A DNA stretch of 64,000 bases from Caldilineaceae bacterium (GTDB taxonomy: Bacteria; Chloroflexota; Anaerolineae; Caldilineales; Caldilineaceae). The notes beneath the pieces are model-generated. The model did not search any database, was not told where the DNA came from, and saw only the letters and a list, made by a program, of their open reading frames with translations. The translations under genes and the position numbers were made by a program. This document shows, piece after piece, positions 57,456 through 64,000 of the stretch; within the stretch, counting starts at the first letter, position 1; each line of letters begins with the position of its first letter. Location of the stretch: the NCBI GenBank assembly GCA_026989655.1, contig JALSIX010000077.1:490-64489 (forward strand). Direction: 5' to 3'.

Positions 57456-59104
57456 GTGGCCAGGCAGAGGTGCCCACATCCCAGGCGGGGTGGGCCGAAG
57501 GGGTCCGTCGGCTCTACTTCTACGCGGTGCTCGGCGTGAGCTACGGCCTGGGCGTATGGGCGTTCAACGGCCTGCTCCAGACCCTGCTGTTGGCCCTCCT
57601 GGGCTTCCAGACGGAGACCGTGATCGCGGACGGGACCTTCCTGCGCAACCGGGTGGCCCTCCACGCGGGGACCCTGCTGGTGGTTGCCCCGGTCTTCTGG
57701 ATCCACTGGGTGTGGGTTCAACGGCGAACGGCCAGGCTGGCAGGGGAACGGGAGTCCACCCTGCGCAAGCTCTTCCTCTACCTGGCCCTGGGGTTGAGCA
57801 TCGGCGTCGCCTTCCGCGCGGCCTACGAGCTGTTGGTCCTGGGCGTGCACACCCTGCTCCAGCTTCCCCCCGAACGCCTCGGTGCCCGGGAGGCGGTGCC
57901 CTGGCCCTACCACCTGCTGCGGATCGTGCTCTATGGGGCCGCGGCCCAGGCCTGGGTGGGCTATCTGGCCGGGGACGGCGACCTGGGCGTGGAGTCCGGC
58001 TGGGCCGGAACCGTGCGTCGGCTCTTCCAGACCGGAATTGGGGTGATCGGGCTGGTCCTGGCCCTGATAGGGGGCCAGGAGCTCCTGGCCCTGGGCCTCC
58101 GGGCTCTGCTGGGCAGCCTGGAGCCGGGGGCCATCCTGGTCCCGGGATGGCGGGAGTCCTTCGGGGAGAACCTGGCCCGGCTCCTGCTGGGGATCCTGCT
58201 GTGGCGGGGCAACTGGCAACGGTGGAACGGCTTTGTGGCCGCCCACCCCCCGGAAGCCCGCACCGGCCTCCGGCGGCTCTACCTCTACGTGGCCACGGTG
58301 ATCAGCGCGGTGTTGACCGTGGCCCCGGCCACCCGCCTCCTCCACGAGCTCCTGCTGCGCCTGTTCCAGGTGGAAACCCCCACAGACCTGGTGTGGTCTG
58401 CCTCCCCACTGGCCTCCATCCTGATCGGCGGGATCGCCTGGCGGTGGCACTGGCGGACGGTCCAGGCCGAGGCCGCTCGCTACGGGGAGACCCCGGAGAG
58501 CGAGACGGTGCGCCGCATCTACTACTACCTGGTGAGCGCCACAGGCCTGGTGGTCCTGTGGGTGGGTCTGGTGGACCTGGCCCGGGTGTTGCTGGACTGG
58601 CTGGTCGTCCAGGAGGCCACAGAGGCCGGCTTCCGCATCCGCCAGGCGGTCAACGGCCTGAGCCTGACCGCGGTGGGGCTCCCCGTGTGGGGGCTCCACT
58701 GGCGCACCATGCAGCGGGCTGCCCGCCTCCGGGACGAGCGTGGGCTCCGAGAACGGGCCTCCACCCCCCGACGGGCCTACCTCTACGGCGTGGCCCTGGC
58801 CGGCGCGCTCCTCATCCTGGTGGACCTGGGCCGCTTCCTCTACCAACTGCTGCTCCAGATGCTGGGCGGCCCTGGCGATCCCTTCGGCGGCGAGACCCTC
58901 AACGCCCTGGTACGCAGCGGCCTGGCCCTCCTCTTCTGGCTCGGCCACGTGCTGGCCCTCCGGGAGGACCAGAGGCTCGGCACCCGTGTGGAACCCGCGC
59001 CGGAGGACCTGCAGGCCGCCCGACGGGCCGCGCTGCGGGAACGGATCCGCCAACTGGAGGAGGAGCTGGCCGCGCTCCAGGCCGAGCTGGAACGGCTCTC
59101 GTGA
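57452..59104 (+). CDS. Polytopic membrane protein built from six tandem 2-TM modules (DUF5671-like) plus a C-terminal coiled coil
   Basis: In-frame tail of ORF 56969..59104 from ATG 57452. Six repeats begin RRLYFYAV, RKLFLYLA, RRLFQTGI, RRLYLYVA, RRIYYYLV and RRAYLYGV. Most are followed by a W-rich second helix (WIHWVW, WRGNWQRW, WRWHWR, WGLHWR). The tail is RIRQLEEELAALQAELERL. Confidence 0.75.
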   Translation: MSGQAEVPTSQAGWAEGVRRLYFYAVLGVSYGLGVWAFNGLLQTLLLALLGFQTETVIADGTFLRNRVALHAGTLLVVAPVFWIHWVWVQRRTARLAGERESTLRKLFLYLALGLSIGVAFRAAYELLVLGVHTLLQLPPERLGAREAVPWPYHLLRIVLYGAAAQAWVGYLAGDGDLGVESGWAGTVRRLFQTGIGVIGLVLALIGGQELLALGLRALLGSLEPGAILVPGWRESFGENLARLLLGILLWRGNWQRWNGFVAAHPPEARTGLRRLYLYVATVISAVLTVAPATRLLHELLLRLFQVETPTDLVWSASPLASILIGGIAWRWHWRTVQAEAARYGETPESETVRRIYYYLVSATGLVVLWVGLVDLARVLLDWLVVQEATEAGFRIRQAVNGLSLTAVGLPVWGLHWRTMQRAARLRDERGLRERASTPRRAYLYGVALAGALLILVDLGRFLYQLLLQMLGGPGDPFGGETLNALVRSGLALLFWLGHVLALREDQRLGTRVEPAPEDLQAARRAALRERIRQLEEELAALQAELERLS

Positions 59105-59365
59105 CCGAATGTCCTCCCCAACCCATGCCCGAGCCGTCGTCCCCCTCTCTGCACCCTGGGACGCGATGGCCTCCTCGCTCCGGCCCCTTCCCCGAGGGCC
59201 CTCGCGCCCGTAGAGCGACATGCTGACGACCACCTCACGCATCCGGATTTGTGACGGCTCCGTCGAACCTGTGTTACCATTTTCACGGGCCGAGAGGAGC
59301 AGGTCGCGCCCGGGGCTGGGCCTCACCGAATATCCGCCCCCACCCACCGAGAGCGTGCACAGCCC

Positions 59366-60145
59366 ATGCGGGTGTTGGTGATCTCCGATATCCATGCCAA
59401 CTACGTGGCCTTGGAGGCCGTGGTGCAGGATGCCCAGGACGAGTACGACCGGGTCTGGTGCCTGGGCGACGTGGTGGGCTACGGCCCCCAGCCCAACGAA
59501 TGCGTGGCCTATGTGCGGGAGCATGCGGCCATCTGCGTGATGGGCAACCACGACTGGGCCGTGTTGGGCCGGCCGGGGATCGACATCCACGATTTCAACC
59601 CGGTGGCCCGGGAAGCCGTGCTGTGGACCCGGCAACAGCTCTCGGAGGAACACCGACACTTCCTGGAAGGCCTGCCCGCGGAACCCATCCACCCCCCCGA
59701 GACGTCGGAGGTCCTGGTGACCCATGCCAGCCCCCGAGAGCCCGTGTGGGAGTACATCCTGACGCCCGGCATCGCGTTGGAGAACTTTCTGTGCTTCGAT
59801 GACCCCATCTGTCTGGTCGGCCACACCCACAAGCCGGCCATCTTCCAGTGGCGGGTGGACCCCGGAGACGAGGGGACCGGCACCGTGACCGTGGAGGCCC
59901 TGCTCCCGGCCATCGGCACCCCCCTCCTGCTGGATGTGGGGCCCACCCATCGCCTGATCCTGAACCCGGGAAGCGTGGGCCAACCTCGGGACAACGATCC
60001 CCGGGCCGCCTACGCCCTGCTGGACCTGGAGGCCATGACCTGGGAACAACGACGGGTATCCTACCCGGTGGAACTGACCCAGAGCCTGATGCGATCCGCC
60101 GGCCTGCCCCGGCGCCTGATCGACCGACTCAGCTACGGCTGGTGA
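59366..60145 (+). CDS. Metallophosphoesterase (calcineurin-like, Metallophos_2/YfcE-type)
   Basis: ORF 59366..60145 contains VISDIHAN, CLGDVVGYGP, MGNHD, THASP, VGHTH and NPGSVGQPRD. Confidence 0.88.
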   Translation: MRVLVISDIHANYVALEAVVQDAQDEYDRVWCLGDVVGYGPQPNECVAYVREHAAICVMGNHDWAVLGRPGIDIHDFNPVAREAVLWTRQQLSEEHRHFLEGLPAEPIHPPETSEVLVTHASPREPVWEYILTPGIALENFLCFDDPICLVGHTHKPAIFQWRVDPGDEGTGTVTVEALLPAIGTPLLLDVGPTHRLILNPGSVGQPRDNDPRAAYALLDLEAMTWEQRRVSYPVELTQSLMRSAGLPRRLIDRLSYGW

Positions 60146-60155
60146 AGCGACGCCC

Positions 60156-60704
60156 ATGGCCGAGACCCTGCGCATCTTTGTCAGCGCGACCCAGGACCTG
60201 GAGGAGGAACGGGCCGTCATCGGCCAGGCCCTGGCGGACCTCCCCGTGCACATCCCCGCGGAGATCCGCCGCAGCCCGCCCCAGGGCCTGCCCTACGCGG
60301 ATCTCTTCGAACGGATCGCCAACGTGGATCGGGTCTACTTCCTGTTGGGGCAGGACATCACCGCGCCCGCCGGCGCGGAGTGGGACCTGGCGGTCCATCT
60401 GGAGCGGGCCATGGTGGCCCTGCGCACCCCAGGACCCCGGACACCAGCCGGCCAAGCCTTCCTCCAGAGCACCCCTGACCTCTGGAAGGTGTTCCACAGC
60501 CGAGATGAGCTGGCCCGGCTGGTGACCCTGGACCTGTTGGAGCTCCTCCTGCACCCCAGGAACCGATACGGCCTGCAGCCCGACGAGGTCCTCGCGCTGG
60601 AGACCCTGCGCCGTTCCCTGCAGGAACGGTCTGTCCGGGCCCGAGCCGAGGCTGGGGGCGCCGAGGGAGGAGGGGTGCTCCTGGGACGTCCGACGCCTGG
60701 CTAG
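60156..60704 (+). CDS. Stand-alone DUF4062-like domain protein
   Basis: ORF 60156..60704 starts 10 nt after the phosphoesterase stop. N-terminus LRIFVSATQDLEEERAVIGQAL...VDRVYFLLGQ fits the DUF4062 pattern (FISSTxxDLxxER ... D.y..i.G) from memory. Confidence 0.6.
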   Translation: MAETLRIFVSATQDLEEERAVIGQALADLPVHIPAEIRRSPPQGLPYADLFERIANVDRVYFLLGQDITAPAGAEWDLAVHLERAMVALRTPGPRTPAGQAFLQSTPDLWKVFHSRDELARLVTLDLLELLLHPRNRYGLQPDEVLALETLRRSLQERSVRARAEAGGAEGGGVLLGRPTPG

Positions 60705-60713
60705 GATAGCGCG

Positions 60714-62294
60714 ATGGCCCCCATGCCGTCTTCCTCGTCCGCCCCAGACCGTGTCCGCGCCTGGTGGATCCTGGCCGTGCTCACGGTCTTCGCCTGGGCA
60801 CCCACCACCTACCCCGGATACTGGGAGTCCCTGGAAGGCTTTGCCCCCCTCTTCAATGCCCGAGAGCCCGGGCCGGTGGCCGCGGTGGGGACCTTGGCCG
60901 ACCTCTGGCGGGGGACCGGCAGCGGCGCCTTTGCCCTGGTCCGCCCCCTGGTGCTGATGGGCATGGAGCCGGTGGTGGCGGTCCGCACGGTCTTCGCCCT
61001 GCTCATCCTGCTGTCGGCCCTGGGCGTGTACGTCTGGCTCCAGCCCTACCTGGACGAGCGGGCCGCGGCCCTGGCCGGCCTGATCTACGTGCTGGCACCG
61101 CCCTTTCTGGCCACAGTCTACCTGCGGGGCAGCCTGGCCGACGTCCACATTCTGGCCCTTATGCCGGTGGGCCTGGCCGCAGTGACCGCCTACCGCTCCA
61201 CCCGCCATCCCGGCGCCGCCGGGGTCGCGGTCCTCGCGGTGCTGTGGATGTGGCGGGCCCAGGCAGGTCTCGCGTTCTTCGCCACCGGTGCCCTCCTGGC
61301 CCACGCCCTCCTGGTGGAGCGGGACCGCCTCTCCGGGATGACCCTAGGGGTGGCCGGACTGGCCGGCGCGCTCAGCCTGTGGCCCCTGCGGGGCATCCAG
61401 GCGCCGGCCTGGGTCCCCTTCCAGGAGCACTTCCTCTACCTCTTCCAGCTCTTCCAGGGGACCTGGCAACTGGCCCCCAGTGTCCCTGGATGGCAGGACG
61501 GCTACCCCTTTCTGCTGGGCTTTCCGGTGGTGGCGTTCACACCTGTGGCCCTGTGGCTGTGGCGGCAGAGCGGCCAGGTGCCCCCTCCGGGGGAGAGACG
61601 GCTCCGGCTTCTGGCCCTGGGACTGGGAACCGGAGGCATCCTGCTCTCCCTGGGCCTCTCCGCGCCCCTCTGGCAGCTCACCGGTGCCGGGCGTCTCCTG
61701 ACCTACCCCTGGCAGATGCTCCTGGTGGCCCTGCCCTTCCTGGTGGTCCTGCCGGCCAGCCTACCCCGCCTGGCCCCCCGACTGGGCCGTCGGGGCTACT
61801 GGGCGACCCTTCTGGCCCTGGTCCTGATGAGCAGCTACCCGTACCTCCGTCCGGAGTTCACCCAGTACATCCCCCCGGAACAGCCTGTGGCCGTCTTCGG
61901 AGAACGGGGCCAGATCGTCCTCCTGGAGGCCCAGGTGATCGAGGAGCCCCGCCCCCCGGACACAGGCCAGGCCCGGCTGCGCATGGTCTGGCAAGCGCTC
62001 CAACCCATCGACTTCGACTACAATCTCTTCTTTCAGGCCCTGACCGCGGAAGCCGCCGGGGGCTACCGGGTGGTGGCCCAGCTCGACGCGCAGCCCCTGC
62101 CCACCCTGCCCGCCACCCAATGGCAGCCAGGGCGGATCTACACGGCCACCCACACCCTGGACCTGCCTGTGGATCCCTCCACCGTGGTCCTGCGCTACTA
62201 TCTGGGCTTCTACGATTGGCGCGACGGGCGGCGGCTGCCCTTGAACCTAGGAGTGGACGACAAGGCGATCCTCTACGGAGAGGATCGCCCATAG
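60714..62294 (+). CDS. Polytopic membrane protein, divergent GT-C/PTPS-related-domain-like
   Basis: ORF 60714..62294 has more than 10 hydrophobic segments and a C-terminal soluble domain of about 150 aa. It is a loose paralogue of the next gene. Confidence 0.65.
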   Translation: MAPMPSSSSAPDRVRAWWILAVLTVFAWAPTTYPGYWESLEGFAPLFNAREPGPVAAVGTLADLWRGTGSGAFALVRPLVLMGMEPVVAVRTVFALLILLSALGVYVWLQPYLDERAAALAGLIYVLAPPFLATVYLRGSLADVHILALMPVGLAAVTAYRSTRHPGAAGVAVLAVLWMWRAQAGLAFFATGALLAHALLVERDRLSGMTLGVAGLAGALSLWPLRGIQAPAWVPFQEHFLYLFQLFQGTWQLAPSVPGWQDGYPFLLGFPVVAFTPVALWLWRQSGQVPPPGERRLRLLALGLGTGGILLSLGLSAPLWQLTGAGRLLTYPWQMLLVALPFLVVLPASLPRLAPRLGRRGYWATLLALVLMSSYPYLRPEFTQYIPPEQPVAVFGERGQIVLLEAQVIEEPRPPDTGQARLRMVWQALQPIDFDYNLFFQALTAEAAGGYRVVAQLDAQPLPTLPATQWQPGRIYTATHTLDLPVDPSTVVLRYYLGFYDWRDGRRLPLNLGVDDKAILYGEDRP

Positions 62295-62387
62295 CACAGT
62301 GGCGCACCGGGCAGGAGACGCCACCGGACAGAACCCTGCCCGTCCAACAGCCAACGACCTTTCCCGATCTCCAAACGCCCAAGGCCT

Positions 62388-64000
62388 ATGGCGACGAGCT
62401 CAAGCCCTGCCGTGCCCCCCCAGCCGATCCTGTGGCGCGATGGCCTCTTCTGGCTTGCCCTGCTGCTGAGCCTCTTCGCGGTCGCGCCCTTCGCGCTGCC
62501 CGGCTATTTCTGGGGAGCCAACGACGCCCGCCACCACGTCTACTTCCTCTTCGAGTTCAACCGCCTGGTGGAGGACGGCATCTGGTGGCCCCGCTGGAGC
62601 CCGGACTTCGCCTTCGGCTACGGATACCCCTTCTTCAACATCTACGCCCCCCTGAGCCACCTGGTGGCCGAGCTGTTCCTGCGCTTCGGCCGGCTCTCCT
62701 ACACCGGGGCCGTGGAGACCGTCTTCGCCCTGGGCATCCTGGCCGCTGCCGGAGCCATGTACGGCTACGTCCGCAGCCTGGCCGGCCGGGCTGCCGGCCT
62801 GATCGCGGCCGTGGCCTACACCTACGCGCCCTACCATCTGCTGGTCCTCTACGTACGGGCCAATCTGGCCGAGGCCAGCGCCTTCGTCTGGCTCCCCCTC
62901 TGCCTGTGGGGTTTCCGGGCCACCGTGTTGCGCCCCAGCCGCCGGAACATCCTGGGGGCCGGGCTGGCCTACGGAGGCCTTATGCTCACCAGCAACCTGG
63001 TCATCGTGCTCTTCACGCCCCTGCTGGTGGCCTACATCCTGGCCCTGTTGGTGGTCAGCCGGTGGAGGGAATCGGGCCTCTGGGACCCCCTGGCCTGGCT
63101 GCGCCAGGGGATGGCCCCGGCCCTGGGAGGGCTGACCGGCCTGGGCCTCAGCGCGATCTTCTGGATCCCCATGGCCCTGGAACGTCGCTACGTGCGCCTG
63201 GACCAGTGGTTCCAAGGGCGCTACGACTTCCGGGATGACTTCCTCTACTTCTTCCAGCTCTTCAGCCCCCGCTGGGATTTCGGCGTCAGCGGCCCCGGCC
63301 CGGACGACACCATGGGGTTCCAGATCGGGCCGGTGCTCCTCCTCCTGGCCCTCCTGGGCGGGCTGTACGCCTGGCGCCATCGATCCCTGCGTCCAGAGGT
63401 GGGGAGCTTTGCCCTGGCCACAGGCGTGGCCACCTCTCTGGGCCTTTGGCCCGCGGCCCCCCTGTGGGAGCTGCCTCTGCTGGGAAGTATCCTCCAGGCA
63501 GCCCAGTTCCCCTGGCGCTGGCTTCCCCTCACCGTCCTGGGCCTCTCGGTCCTGGCCGGGCTGGCCTGGGTGGACGAGGAGGACGCGCCTCGGACCCGCC
63601 GGACCGAGCCCCTCACCCTGTCCGTGCTGGCCGGTGCCGCCGTGCTCATCCTGGCCAGCTATCCCCTCCTGCAGGTGGAGATCCGAGAGCCCGCGGAAGG
63701 CCCTGTGAGCCTGGCCGGCCTCATGCGCTTCCAACGGGACGCGGACGAGATGACCGGGAGCACCGTCTGGGTCCAGGAGATCCCCACCTGGAGCCCCATG
63801 GCCGAGTACTACGTCCGCCAGGACGAGGCCGGCGGCCCCGTGGAACCGGTCACCACCAAGGTTGACTACGCGAATGTGGACTACCGCAACCTGGCCCTGG
63901 GCTCCGTGGCCCACAACACGGTCATGGAGGAGGTCTACTTCTGCACGAACCCCGGCGACCAACCCCATGAATGCTCGCCCCGGGACGACCAGGTCATCGT
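62388..64000 (+). CDS. Polytopic membrane protein of the 6-pyruvoyl-tetrahydropterin-synthase-related (COG5617, GT-C-like) family; 3' end runs off the window
   Basis: Hand translation from ATG 62388, a frame absent from the track because it has no stop: MATSSSPAVPPQPILWRDGLFWLALLLSLFAVAPFALPGYFWGANDARHHVYFLFEFNRLVEDGIWWPRWSPDFAFGYGYPFFNIYAPLSHLVAELF. This N-terminal signature is typical of the family as I recall it. Confidence 0.75.
   Translation, partial: MATSSSPAVPPQPILWRDGLFWLALLLSLFAVAPFALPGYFWGANDARHHVYFLFEFNRLVEDGIWWPRWSPDFAFGYGYPFFNIYAPLSHLVAELFLRFGRLSYTGAVETVFALGILAAAGAMYGYVRSLAGRAAGLIAAVAYTYAPYHLLVLYVRANLAEASAFVWLPLCLWGFRATVLRPSRRNILGAGLAYGGLMLTSNLVIVLFTPLLVAYILALLVVSRWRESGLWDPLAWLRQGMAPALGGLTGLGLSAIFWIPMALERRYVRLDQWFQGRYDFRDDFLYFFQLFSPRWDFGVSGPGPDDTMGFQIGPVLLLLALLGGLYAWRHRSLRPEVGSFALATGVATSLGLWPAAPLWELPLLGSILQAAQFPWRWLPLTVLGLSVLAGLAWVDEEDAPRTRRTEPLTLSVLAGAAVLILASYPLLQVEIREPAEGPVSLAGLMRFQRDADEMTGSTVWVQEIPTWSPMAEYYVRQDEAGGPVEPVTTKVDYANVDYRNLALGSVAHNTVMEEVYFCTNPGDQPHECSPRDDQVI

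Noticed and set aside
60764-63968. 824-aa plus ORF 60764..63238 and 522-aa minus ORF 62400..63968
   Set aside because: These are off-frame or antisense to the two polytopic membrane-protein genes. The real second gene (62388 onward) is not in the track because it lacks a stop inside the window.

Overview
Very GC-rich bacterial chromosomal segment in which codon third positions are almost always G or C. I can support about 50 protein-coding genes, and most are housekeeping. The T-box leader, the PTPS-related GT-C membrane proteins, the FHA/Ser-Thr-kinase pair and several leaderless-looking promoters suggest a Chloroflexota-like organism, but this is a low-confidence inference.

Gene content, left to right:
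- a ugpA-ugpE-ugpB-GDPD operon ending in a giant multidomain lipoprotein
- acyl-CoA synthetase, HAD dehalogenase, trpD-trpC, a DUF554 membrane protein
- a divergent FHA/winged-helix regulator and Ser/Thr kinase
- ltaE, a DUF697-like protein, a SprA-related HExxH protein, yihY, an SdrD-B-like secreted protein
- smpB coupled to an Rmt/Arm/Kgm-type 16S rRNA methyltransferase, and an S41 protease
- mnmA followed by a four-gene cassette of unknown function
- a trkA-hisD-hisC-methyltransferase operon
- NUDIX hydrolase, epimerase, cupin, GNAT, add
- a membrane HExxH protein, sfsA, PFOR plus a DHOD-like protein
- an orphan 862-aa HerA/FtsK-like ATPase
- serS behind a T-box leader
- avtA, a class-III aminotransferase and two M20 peptidases
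- a three-gene envelope operon that includes a hexa-repeat 12-TM protein
- a metallophosphoesterase, a DUF4062-like protein and two GT-C-like membrane proteins

I could not recognise any rRNA, tRNA, CRISPR array, transposase, integrase or phage gene, and I saw no obvious compositional island. Most of the very long ORFs in the track are antisense or off-frame shadows typical of high-GC DNA. Two real genes run off the window edges (1..3929 minus and 62388..64000 plus) and are missing from the track; I translated them by hand.

No clear-cut novel system is proven. The best candidates for a second look are the smpB-coupled m7G1405-type methyltransferase, the giant propeller/di-haem peroxidase/FG-GAP lipoprotein, the metallophosphoesterase + DUF4062 + GT-C operon, the mnmA-linked cassette, the orphan HerA-like ATPase and the hexa-repeat membrane protein operon. 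All functional calls rest on by-eye motif recognition and need HMM or BLAST confirmation.
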